Below, one piece after another: positions 17,359-25,632 of a DNA stretch of 28,620 nucleotides. Within the stretch, counting starts at the first letter, position 1. Every line of letters starts with the position of its first letter. The notes under the pieces were generated by a model that was not told the origin of the DNA, did not search any database, and worked only from the letters and a program-made list of their open reading frames with translations. This DNA is from a virus (lineage: Duplodnaviria; Caudoviricetes). Position numbers and translations under genes: made by a program. The stretch covers positions 1 to 28,620 of the IMG/VR virus record IMGVR_UViG_3300044667_000032; one strand, written 5' to 3'.

Positions 17359-17663
17359 TCGGAGCTCCCCGCGGCCTTGCCCATCACCCGGAAGCGGGGC
17401 GTCTTCGAGGTGCCCCACTCGACGTAAGGCGCGGCCGGGCTGGCGTTGATGACCTTGGCGATGGCGCGGGGCTTCGGCCCTGGCCGGACCTCAACCTCGA
17501 CGCGGAAGGAGCTCTTGTAGTCGCCGGTCTCCTCTGGGGCGAGCGACTCGGCGCGGTCCTTGACCTTCTCCGCGCGGATCTCCATCTCCCGCTGCATCTG
17601 CTTGGACGCGAGGACCTTGCCGAACTCCTTGCCCTTGTAGCGGAACTTGGCTCGGGGCGGCAT
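17355..17663 (-). CDS. HK97 gp10-like neck/tail component
   Basis: AEKVKDRAESLAPEETGDYKSS...APYVEWGT motif; GGAGG SD. Confidence 0.85.
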   Translation of the reverse strand: MPPRAKFRYKGKEFGKVLASKQMQREMEIRAEKVKDRAESLAPEETGDYKSSFRVEVEVRPGPKPRAIAKVINASPAAPYVEWGTSKTPRFRVMGKAAGSSE

Positions 17664-17683
17664 CGGAGACCACCTCCGATCGA

Positions 17684-18007
17684 TCAGCCGGTGACTCTCG
17701 TGCCCTTGACCTCGACGCCGGGCCTCCACGAAGTGAACGGGGAAGCCCAAGGTGATGGGGTGCCGTCCACGTCGTAGAGCAGGCCACGGACCCGCATCCG
17801 GGACACGTTGGTGACGTTGGTGCCGTACGGGCAGGAGACAGTGATCTTGTCGCTGGCCTGGTCCTGCGCCTCGGTCTTCTCGGTGCTACCGGTCGGCCAG
17901 ACGATGCAGCCCTCGACGTCGGTCTCGGTGTAGGTCCACACCTCGTTGCCGTGCCGATCCCGAGTGGAGGTGGTGCGGCGCAGGATGGTGACGGTCTCAC
18001 CTCTCAC
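17684..18007 (-). CDS. Head-to-tail stopper
   Basis: ETVTILRR...DRHGN...VEGCIVWP...RMRVRGLLYDVDGTPSPW; GTGA overlap with the GT stop. Confidence 0.85.
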   Translation of the reverse strand: MRGETVTILRRTTSTRDRHGNEVWTYTETDVEGCIVWPTGSTEKTEAQDQASDKITVSCPYGTNVTNVSRMRVRGLLYDVDGTPSPWASPFTSWRPGVEVKGTRVTG

Positions 18008-18996
18008 CGGACGGCCAGCCCTTCGATCGCCTCACACCAGCGCGCGAGGTCCTGCCGCGGGTCGAGCTGGCGAGAGCGTCGCTTAGCCCGGTCGGACGCA
18101 GCCTGCCATGTCTCCGGGTCGTCCAGGGCGGTGAGCGCCGCGACCCAGCCGTCCAGGTCGTCGCGCTCCACGAACACGCCGGCCGGGCCGAGCGACTCGC
18201 GTAGCCCTGGCGTAGGGCAGGCAACGACCGGGATCCCGGAGGCGAGTGCCTCCACCCCGGTCCTCCCCCACGACTCGTAGGCCGACGGCATCACCAGGAC
18301 CCGGGTGCGGCCGTACACCCGGGCGGGCATCTCGGCGGCCGGCACGTGGTCGACGACCTCGACGTTCGGCGCCTCGCGGATCACCTGCTCGCCGTAGGCG
18401 CCAGTCACTCCGAGGAACTTGTGGTCGGGCATCCGCTCGGCGATGTCCCAGAAGACGTTGCCGCCCTTGGACGCGAAGAGGTTGATCAGTGTGATGCAGT
18501 CGCCCGGGGTGGAGACCCGGTACTCCTTGGCGAAGACCGGCGGCCGGACGATGACCTCCGCCGCAGGCTTGGCAGCTTTGGGGTTCTCGGCGAACCACAT
18601 GGCGGCCGAGGCTGCCATCCACTGGGAGTTGTAGACGGCCAGGGCCGTGGTGCCGGAGCCGATCGCGCGGAACGTCGCCGGGAAGGTGTTGTGGCAGAGG
18701 ACGATCAGCGGCCGGCCCCAGCCTCGGGCAGCTGCTGCTCCGTCGCGGACGCTCTCTAGGTGGGAGACGACCGCGCCAGCGGTCCGAGCCTGGCGGGCAA
18801 AGTCCCTGCCGACCGCCGCGGGGACCACCTGGACGCCTTCGTAGTCGTAGACCTTGCGCTGGCCGTTGTGCTTGGTCAGCCACACCTCGACGTCGTGCCC
18901 GCGCTGCGCGAGAGCTCGAAGCAGAGTGTGGGCCATCATCTCCGCGCCGGCACAGTGCGTCGGCGGGTATGCGTGCAGGCGGGCGAGGATGCGCAT
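18004..18996 (-). CDS. Glycosyltransferase family 4 (GT-B fold), copy 2
   Basis: MRILARLHAYPP..AGAE N-terminus; VLVMPSAYESWGRTGVEALASGIPVV..PTPGLRE with the E-x7-E GT4 motif. True start at 18996. Confidence 0.92.
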   Translation of the reverse strand: MRILARLHAYPPTHCAGAEMMAHTLLRALAQRGHDVEVWLTKHNGQRKVYDYEGVQVVPAAVGRDFARQARTAGAVVSHLESVRDGAAAARGWGRPLIVLCHNTFPATFRAIGSGTTALAVYNSQWMAASAAMWFAENPKAAKPAAEVIVRPPVFAKEYRVSTPGDCITLINLFASKGGNVFWDIAERMPDHKFLGVTGAYGEQVIREAPNVEVVDHVPAAEMPARVYGRTRVLVMPSAYESWGRTGVEALASGIPVVACPTPGLRESLGPAGVFVERDDLDGWVAALTALDDPETWQAASDRAKRRSRQLDPRQDLARWCEAIEGLAVR

Positions 18997-18998
18997 GC

Positions 18999-19625
18999 TC
19001 ACCTGACTCTCGTGGTGATCGTGCCGGTGGTCCGCCGGTACCGCTTGAGGGCTTGCCGGTCGGTGTCGGACATGGTCACCGTCAAGCCGAGGCCTGGGGT
19101 GTCGGTGCGGTAGGAGTACGGGCCAACGGTTTCGGAGGTGAGCCCTCCGGCCATGGCCGGCGAGGTGAGGGTCCGCAGCACCATGGCGCACGCCACCGCG
19201 ACGACGTCTGCCGGCGGCTGAGCGTGCCCGTGGGAGTAGGTGACCCGGTACGTGCCGGGGTATCCGTCGTCGTCCCACCAGATCTCCGGCAGGTTGATCA
19301 CATAGTTGCCCTCGCCGAGACGCACCTGGTCGATGCCATCCCACACCCAGTCCACCAGCACCACGTCCGGCGTGCCCGCGGCACCGATAGCCTCGATACG
19401 GGAGACCTCGATCACCGGCCGCTGCGGCAGCTGTAGCGTGCCGCCCTGCACGCGCAGGATCACCACGTCGTCGAGGACGACCGCGAAGTCCTGCCCGGTG
19501 TAGGCGCGGATCATCGCCGAGGCGTCTGCTAGCAGGGCCTCGACCCGGACGGACTCCTCGGAGGACAGGTCGCGGCCGAGCCGGGCCACGAGGTCAGAGG
19601 CGGTCGCGATCGACGGCACGGGCAC
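18999..19625 (-). CDS. Head-to-tail adaptor
   Basis: ATASDLVARLGRDL...LLADASAMIR...VVAVACAMVLR...SETVGPYSY adaptor motifs, with an inserted beta domain (LPQRPV...VTYSHG). Confidence 0.88.
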   Translation of the reverse strand: MPVPSIATASDLVARLGRDLSSEESVRVEALLADASAMIRAYTGQDFAVVLDDVVILRVQGGTLQLPQRPVIEVSRIEAIGAAGTPDVVLVDWVWDGIDQVRLGEGNYVINLPEIWWDDDGYPGTYRVTYSHGHAQPPADVVAVACAMVLRTLTSPAMAGGLTSETVGPYSYRTDTPGLGLTVTMSDTDRQALKRYRRTTGTITTRVR

Positions 19626-19628
19626 CTC

Positions 19629-20624
19629 CTAGGCGGGTGTGAGATGCCGGAACTGGTCCCGGCGCGCAGCGAGGGTTTCCATCGCGGAACGCCACCGTTC
19701 AAGGTCAGCGGCCGGGTCAAGCTCGGCCGCCCGCGCCTTGCACCGCTTGCCAGCCGCGGCGTACGCGCGAGGCTTGAGCAGCCCGCGGATAGCGGCTTCC
19801 CAGTCGTCGGTCTTCCGCCGGTCGCAGAAGATGCCGGCCTCGCCGAGCGACTCCTTAAGACCGGGAGTCGGGTGGGCAATCACCGGGATCCCGGATGCCA
19901 TGGCCTCGATGCCGACCCGGCCCCACGACTCGTATTCGCTGGGTACGAGCAGGATCTTCGTGCGTGCGTAGACGCGTTCCCGCATCTCGTCGCCGTCGAT
20001 GTGAGCGACGTGCTCCACGTTCGGCAGGTCCTTGATGACCTGCTCGCCGTAGGCGCCGCGGACCGCCAAGAACTTCTGATCAGGCATCCGCTTGGCCAAG
20101 GCGTAGAAGGTGTCCACGCCCTTGGGCCGGTACAGGTTGATCAGCGTGATGCAGTCGCCGGGCGTGGTGGCGTAGTCCTCGACGTGGACCGGCGGCCGGA
20201 CCACGATCGATTCCACATCCAGGTCGGCGAACTCTGCAGCCATCCACTCGCTGTTGTAGACGGCGAGGTTGATGCCCTTCTTGAGCTGGCCGCGGGTCGC
20301 AGTGAACGTGTTGTGGACGACCTTGACGACGGGGATCCGGTAGGACTCCCCCAGCGCCGCAGCCCTCGGAGTGTTCTCCAGGTGCGTGACGATGACATCC
20401 GCCGCGTGCGGGACCCACCGGAATGGGTCCGTCTTGTCCCGGTGCGGGTGCACGCGGATCCCACCGATCTCGTACAGCCCGGTGATCTCCGGGTGGCGCT
20501 GCGACAGCAGCACGTCGACCTCGTGGCCGTGCTCCACCAGGTCACGCAACATCGCCAGCACCATGCGTTCAGCGCCGGCGTTGTGGTGCGGCGGGAAAAG
20601 GTGAAGCATCGCGAGAACCCGCAA
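19629..20624 (-). CDS. Glycosyltransferase family 4 (GT-B fold), copy 1
   Basis: Likely TTG start at 20624 (MRVLAMLHLFPP..AGAE) after GGAG; LLVPSEYESWGRVGIEAMASGIPVIAHPTPGLKE with the E-x7-E motif. Confidence 0.92.
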   Translation of the reverse strand: MRVLAMLHLFPPHHNAGAERMVLAMLRDLVEHGHEVDVLLSQRHPEITGLYEIGGIRVHPHRDKTDPFRWVPHAADVIVTHLENTPRAAALGESYRIPVVKVVHNTFTATRGQLKKGINLAVYNSEWMAAEFADLDVESIVVRPPVHVEDYATTPGDCITLINLYRPKGVDTFYALAKRMPDQKFLAVRGAYGEQVIKDLPNVEHVAHIDGDEMRERVYARTKILLVPSEYESWGRVGIEAMASGIPVIAHPTPGLKESLGEAGIFCDRRKTDDWEAAIRGLLKPRAYAAAGKRCKARAAELDPAADLERWRSAMETLAARRDQFRHLTPA

Positions 20625-20683
20625 GTTGGTCTCCAATCGGGGGGTAGCGGTGGGCCCACCCAGGGCCCTCCGCCGGGGTTGAA

Positions 20684-21637
20684 TCAGGATCCGGCGCCCT
20701 GGGCGACGATCACGCCGAACGGGAACCGAGCCGACTCAGTGGCCTGCAGCCGGGTCACCGGGTTGGAGGTGGCGAACGCAACCCGCATGGTCACGCGCAG
20801 CGCCACGGAGTCCTGCTGCATGAGGTTCAGGACCACCGCGCCGTCGGCGTTGGAGATGACACCCTCGGTGAACAGCTTGAACGTGATGTCCTGCCTGACC
20901 CCGACGATCGCCTTGGTCCAGTCGCCAGCGATCAGGTCGGCGGCGGTGGAGTCCCAAGCGCCGTTGGTAACCTCGCGGATCGGGTAGCCGTACAGCGAGC
21001 CGGCGCCGACGCCGTCCTGCAGGTTGGGGTGGTAGATCGGGATGCCCTCGTCCGAGCGCATGCCGACGAGCTTCCACTTCAGGCCGGGCCGGGCGGCGAA
21101 GCCGTTGATGGAGAAGCCGTCCTTGGCGATCAGCTCACCAAGCGCAGCGACGTCCTGGCCGAAGTCGTTGCCGGAGGTCCCGGTGACGGTGTTACCGGCC
21201 GCGACCGCCGAGTGGTGGATCGAGTACGGCCACGAGGGGGGCTTGTCCACGCCGAAGATGCCCGCGGCGTCGACCTTGGCACCCATGGCCTCCACGATGC
21301 GCGGCCGGACCTCGTCCCAGATCGGCACCTGCGCGTCGTCGAGGTAGTTCTCCGGGATCGGAACGATGACCGCGAGCTCCTCAGCCACGAGCTGCACGTT
21401 CTTCCAGTCCACAGCCGAGGTCTGCTTCATCCCGGAGTCGCCCGACACCCAGTAGGCGGTGGGCAGGACGTCCAGCACCGGCTGGCGCTGGGTCTTGTTG
21501 CTCATCCGCACCTGCGCGGCGTGCCGCAGCAGGAAGGACTGCGTCGGCATCTCCTGCAGGATCTGGTCGGAGACCTCTACCGGGATCAGCGGGTCGTCGG
21601 TGTTGTCCCGGGCGATCAGCGAGTTATAGGTGGGCAC
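20684..21637 (-). CDS. Major capsid protein (HK97 fold)
   Basis: LIPVEVSDQI...AYWVS...ELAVIVPIPENYLDDA...IAGDW...NLMQQDSVALRVTMR; follows the scaffold; ends GAGS. Confidence 0.95.
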   Translation of the reverse strand: MPTYNSLIARDNTDDPLIPVEVSDQILQEMPTQSFLLRHAAQVRMSNKTQRQPVLDVLPTAYWVSGDSGMKQTSAVDWKNVQLVAEELAVIVPIPENYLDDAQVPIWDEVRPRIVEAMGAKVDAAGIFGVDKPPSWPYSIHHSAVAAGNTVTGTSGNDFGQDVAALGELIAKDGFSINGFAARPGLKWKLVGMRSDEGIPIYHPNLQDGVGAGSLYGYPIREVTNGAWDSTAADLIAGDWTKAIVGVRQDITFKLFTEGVISNADGAVVLNLMQQDSVALRVTMRVAFATSNPVTRLQATESARFPFGVIVAQGAGS

Positions 21638-21713
21638 GGGGCGTCCTCTCTTTCGGGCATGCAGCGGCCCCGGGCCCCGTGCAAGGAGTTCCGGTAGCTG
21701 CGGGTGTTAGGGA

Positions 21714-22397
21714 TCAGGAGTGGCCGGAGACGAAGCCGCGTAGCCAGTCGTTGCCGTCGGTCGGGCGGTCGTTGGCCGGCATCGCGCCGGGCCGAAGAGA
21801 CTCGACCGGCCGGGTCGAAGCGAGAGCCGCAGGGGCGGGCTCGGGCGCAGGAGGTGGAGGCGGAGCAACAGCCAGGCGTGCCGCGATTACGGCCTCGATC
21901 TCTCCAGCTAGCGCCTTGGCCGACTCGTTGATCTCCTCTTCCGAGGAGCCGGTGACCAGATTCATCAGGCCCTCGGGCAGGTCATAGGTCGCTGCGGCGA
22001 CCATGCGGGCACGGATGCGCCGCTCTTCGTCGCGCTCCCGCTCAGCCGCTTCCAGCCGCTCCATGAGCTTCTGCTGCTCGGACTTCTGGCTGTCCTCGTA
22101 CTCCGCGTACTTGCGGGCGGCCTCACGCATCGCGTCGATCTCGGCCTTCGACTTAAACCCGAGGGCGTCGAGGTGTCTCCGCTCATGCTTCTGCGCGTGA
22201 TACCGCCAGTACGCTTCGCGTTCCTCCGGAGCCATATCGGCGACCGGGGTATTCGACGGAAAGCCATGCTGGCCCGTGACGGGCTGCGCCTGGCCTTCTT
22301 CTCTCTGCGCGGTAGCAGGCTCCTGCGTGTCAATGGCTTCAGTCGACGTCTGCTCGACTTCCACGTCTCCGACAGGCTCTGCTGTTGCTTCGGACAT
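21714..22397 (-). CDS. Capsid scaffolding protein
   Basis: Acidic N-terminus, YWRYHAQKHE, coiled coil KSEQQKLMERLE, Pro-rich tail; directly upstream of the capsid gene; GGGAG SD before ATG at 22397. Confidence 0.88.
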   Translation of the reverse strand: MSEATAEPVGDVEVEQTSTEAIDTQEPATAQREEGQAQPVTGQHGFPSNTPVADMAPEEREAYWRYHAQKHERRHLDALGFKSKAEIDAMREAARKYAEYEDSQKSEQQKLMERLEAAERERDEERRIRARMVAAATYDLPEGLMNLVTGSSEEEINESAKALAGEIEAVIAARLAVAPPPPPAPEPAPAALASTRPVESLRPGAMPANDRPTDGNDWLRGFVSGHS

Positions 22398-22406
22398 TGA
22401 GCTAAC

Positions 22407-22437
22407 TCCCATGTCGGGACCCTCGCCATGTCGGCGA
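22407..22437 (-). promoter_or_regulatory. Twin GACAT-loop hairpins overlapping the scaffold RBS
   Basis: Minus strand TCGCC-GACAT-GGCGA GGG TCCC-GACAT-GGGA-G. Confidence 0.6.
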
Positions 22438-22443
22438 TTTTGG

Positions 22444-22483
22444 AAATGAAAAAGCGCATCTGTTTGATGAACAGATGCGCTTT
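22444..22483 (-). terminator. Intrinsic terminator downstream of the HNH gene
   Basis: Perfect 14-bp stem AAAGCGCATCTGTT-CATCA-AACAGATGCGCTTT followed by TTCATTT. Confidence 0.8.
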
Positions 22484-22515
22484 GACCTGATGGCAGCCAG
22501 GCTGCCCGTGCCGGG

Positions 22516-23232
22516 CTACCTGTGGTTGCGGTACATCAGGAACTCCAAGAGCGGCTTCGCGCCCTTGGACGAGTTACAGGCCAAGCAGGCGGGCGCCAGG
22601 TTGCCCCAGTTGCTGTTTCCGCCCGCCGAGACCGGATCGATGTGATCTACCGATTCGCTCGGCGCGCCACAGTAGACGCAGGGATCGCGGGAGATCATGT
22701 CGCAGTAATCGAGCGCCTCGGCGTCGAAAGGAGCGGCGGCTCTGGACTCGCTGTAGCCCCGGACCTTGGCAGGGTTCTGGCGAGCGAACCGGCGCATGGC
22801 GGCTCGGTACTTCTCGCGGTTGGCCTCCCGCCACGTTCTGTTGTAGTCAGCTGCAGCCTTCTTACATGCGTCGCAGCGACACTTGAACCATGCGTAAGCG
22901 CGTGTCGTGCCGTGGTCTTCCGGCTTGATTGCTACTTTCTTGATGCCCTTTTCGCTGCGAGGCTTGCGCGGCGTCTTGGGTTGCCTCGCGCGCCACTCCT
23001 TGCTGTAGGTGGCATTGAACGCCTTGCAGAGATCGCAGCGACATCCGCGCGTGTAGCCAGTCCGGGTTCCATGCTCGCTTTCCCTGGCGGGGCGCATCTT
23101 CGCGAGAGCGTTGTTGTAACGGTTCCTACACAGCGCTTGGCAGAACTTGCTGGTCGGCTTGGGGTCCGGTATCGGCCCGCCGCATTGAAGGCAGGTGTGC
23201 TCCCGGGCACGCTCGCGCGTACTCTGTTGCAT
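22516..23232 (-). CDS. Free-standing HNH endonuclease with N-terminal Zn-finger modules
   Basis: CVYCG...SVDHIDPVSAGGNSNWGNLAPACLACNSSKG HNH motif; two HGT..Y...CRC..C repeats; GGAGG SD. Confidence 0.92.
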   Translation of the reverse strand: MQQSTRERAREHTCLQCGGPIPDPKPTSKFCQALCRNRYNNALAKMRPARESEHGTRTGYTRGCRCDLCKAFNATYSKEWRARQPKTPRKPRSEKGIKKVAIKPEDHGTTRAYAWFKCRCDACKKAAADYNRTWREANREKYRAAMRRFARQNPAKVRGYSESRAAAPFDAEALDYCDMISRDPCVYCGAPSESVDHIDPVSAGGNSNWGNLAPACLACNSSKGAKPLLEFLMYRNHR

Positions 23233-23383
23233 GTCGGTCCCCTCCAGAGGGATCGGCCGCGCCCGGGGGGTGTTACCAGCACCCGCCCGGGTCTCTCATG
23301 TTTTGCCCCAATCGTCTCAGACGCCACTGACGTTTTGCCGGGCCTGCCGTGTCGGCTGGCCCGGTGCGGGTGGGGTAGGTGGT

Positions 23384-24160
23384 CTAGGTCAGGGCTGGCT
23401 CGGCGGGTTCGCCGCGGCCTTCCCAGTAGCGGCGCCACGCTTTGCGCGCCTCTTCGCCGGAGTTCCCGGCGGTGACCTCGCGCCAGAGCGTGTACAGCTC
23501 ATCCGCGCGGGCCAGGAGTGGGCTCTCCGGATCGAAGATCGGCACGACCTGGCAGCCGTCGTGATCGTGGTAGAGCTCACCGCCAGCGGCGACGCTTCCA
23601 GCCGACTGAGCCGACCGGTAAACGCTCCCCCTGGAAATGAGCATCAAGCACCAGGCGCACGAGTCGCCGTCGCCGACCCGGGCCCAGCCCAGTGCATCCT
23701 CGTCCTCTCGGACGCTGTTCTCCACGACGTCCCGGCCGCCCTCCAGGGCAAGCCGGGTCGCCGCGCCGGACACCGCGACGACCATCCGGTCCCTGGCCAC
23801 CTCCGGCGGGAGGTTCAGCCTGATCGACCGGTAGTAGACGCCGAGCCCGGCGCTGTCGAGCGACTTCTCCAGGCGTTCCGGGCTGAGCGGACGTGGCCGG
23901 CCGAGTGCAGGAGCCGCCGGGAGCCCTGCGGCGGTGCGTGCCTGCCGGTAGTAGAGCGCTCCGAAGTCCGCCGACGCGCGCCGCTGGTCGCGCACCAGTG
24001 CGCCGATGGCCCTGCGGACCGCCTCCCACGACCGGTCGACGTCCCCCAGGTTCAGCAGAGCCTCGATCAGTTCGACGATCTGCCGGAGCAGAGACGACGA
24101 CAGGGCGCGCTGCTGCGCCTGGAAGCTCTCCGCGAGGCGGACTTCGTCAGCCGCGGCCAT
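23384..24160 (-). CDS. Capsid maturation protease / MuF-like head morphogenesis protein
   Basis: GWARVGDGDSCAWCLMLISRGSVY...YHDHDGCQVVP motif; directly follows the portal. Confidence 0.82.
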   Translation of the reverse strand: MAAADEVRLAESFQAQQRALSSSLLRQIVELIEALLNLGDVDRSWEAVRRAIGALVRDQRRASADFGALYYRQARTAAGLPAAPALGRPRPLSPERLEKSLDSAGLGVYYRSIRLNLPPEVARDRMVVAVSGAATRLALEGGRDVVENSVREDEDALGWARVGDGDSCAWCLMLISRGSVYRSAQSAGSVAAGGELYHDHDGCQVVPIFDPESPLLARADELYTLWREVTAGNSGEEARKAWRRYWEGRGEPAEPALT

Positions 24161-25610
24161 TCACCGCTCCTGGCGGGGCCGGCGGCTGGCCGGGCGGCGG
24201 TGCTGCGCCGTTCGGAGCCTGCTCACCCTGTGGAGGCTGCTGGCGGGCCTCGTCCGGGCCCTGCGCGGCCTGCATCTGCCGATCCACGATCTCGTTCAAC
24301 TGCGCCTTGGCGTCGGCCTTCTTCGCCGCCGCCTTCCAGCGCGTCACATCGGTCTGGGTGACACCAGGGACCTTCTCCCACAGTTCCTGCGGCGGGATCT
24401 GCAGCATCTGCGCCATCTTCCCGAGAGCGTCCACCGCCGAGGCGAGCGCTCGTGCTTCGGTGTCGCGCCACACGACCTGCGCGGAGGTGTCCTCCCAGCC
24501 CTTCTGATCGCCGGCGGCGAGCGCGGCGAGGCGGAGGGTCTGCTCGTGGCTCTCGCCGTAGGACGACTTGCGTTCGCCGATCTTCCGCTGAAGGCCGGAC
24601 TCGGCCGCGGCGAGGGCCTCAGCGGAGAGGTTGGCCATCTGCCCGAGCAGGTGGTGCGGCGGTGTCTGGGACACGGTGGCAATGTGCCGGACCGTGGCCT
24701 CCTGCGACGACAGGTAGCCGCCCAGGTCGGTCTGGCCGAACTCGCCGAACTTCGCCTCATGGTCTTCGGCGACCCACAGGCGGTTCACCGCCGAGTTGAA
24801 CGGCTCGATCGGAGCACCGTTCTCGTCCAGCGGCGGCGCCATGCCGGTGACCCAGCGCTGCCGGAACGCGGCGTACTGCTGGGCCATGAGCAGGTTGAAG
24901 GTGGTGGCGTTGAGCTGGTCCTGCATCTCAAACAGCGGCTCGATCTCGCCGCGGACGCAGTCGTCGCCGTCCAAGTCGTCGCCGTTGAGGTAGCGGACGA
25001 CCGGGCACACCTTCAAGCCGTGTTCCTCAGCCCGGATGATCCGTAGCTTCCCGCCTTCACGCTCGCGGGATTCCATGGCGTAGCGGATGTTGTCGTCGTA
25101 CAGCCATACCGCTTTGACCTTGCCCTTGAGCGTGTTGAGGACTGTCTCCTCAACGGCGTACAGCGGCCACTCGTCATCGACCGGGTCTTCGTAGAACGCC
25201 GTCATCCGCCGCGGCGACTTCGGCGTGATGACCGGGCCCGGCTTCCCCGGCAGCACCACGTTGTAGCCGACGCCGTACTTGAGCGTGGTCCGGTGAAGGC
25301 CGTGCTGGCGGGCATCCATCCGATTGGCCTGCCAGATCTCCCACGCCGCGGTGTTCTTATCGGACTTGGCCGCCCGGTACCCGTCCACATACAGCGCTTG
25401 GGCCACCACCGTGACCACGAGCGGCAGCACGTTGACCTTCGCCCGCTGGATCAGCCACTTGTACTCCTGGCGGGCTCCCCGCGGCACGTAGACGCTGGAA
25501 GCGTCGCCCTTCATGTACCGGGCGATCTTCTTCAGGCGCCGCTGCTCTTCCTCGCGCAGCTTCAGCAGCACCTTCGCCGCGTCGACCACCTCACTCTCGG
25601 AGAGCGCCAC
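24147..25610 (-). CDS. Portal protein (SPP1 gp6-like)
   Basis: WEIWQANRMD...YG...CPVVRYLN...GEIEPL...AFRQRW...NLSAEALAAAESGL; follows the terminase. Confidence 0.95.
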   Translation of the reverse strand: MALSESEVVDAAKVLLKLREEEQRRLKKIARYMKGDASSVYVPRGARQEYKWLIQRAKVNVLPLVVTVVAQALYVDGYRAAKSDKNTAAWEIWQANRMDARQHGLHRTTLKYGVGYNVVLPGKPGPVITPKSPRRMTAFYEDPVDDEWPLYAVEETVLNTLKGKVKAVWLYDDNIRYAMESREREGGKLRIIRAEEHGLKVCPVVRYLNGDDLDGDDCVRGEIEPLFEMQDQLNATTFNLLMAQQYAAFRQRWVTGMAPPLDENGAPIEPFNSAVNRLWVAEDHEAKFGEFGQTDLGGYLSSQEATVRHIATVSQTPPHHLLGQMANLSAEALAAAESGLQRKIGERKSSYGESHEQTLRLAALAAGDQKGWEDTSAQVVWRDTEARALASAVDALGKMAQMLQIPPQELWEKVPGVTQTDVTRWKAAAKKADAKAQLNEIVDRQMQAAQGPDEARQQPPQGEQAPNGAAPPPGQPPAPPGAVNGRG

Positions 25611-25632
25611 AGCACCCCCTCAAGATCAGTTG

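Noticed and set aside
18997-19344. 116-aa N-terminal extension on GT4 copy 2 (possible adaptor-GT fusion)
   Set aside because: It overlaps the adaptor out of frame with junk composition, no slippery site is seen, and alignment with copy 1 puts the start at 18996.
18004-20624. GTs as DNA-hypermodification enzymes or serotype-conversion genes
   Set aside because: No base-modifying partner, flippase, GT-C or TM segment is visible in the window, and the location is in the virion operon. Not favoured, but not excluded because the rest of the genome is unseen.
22516-23232. HNH as part of an intron or intein
   Set aside because: The flanking protease and scaffold genes are each complete, so the HNH is intergenic.
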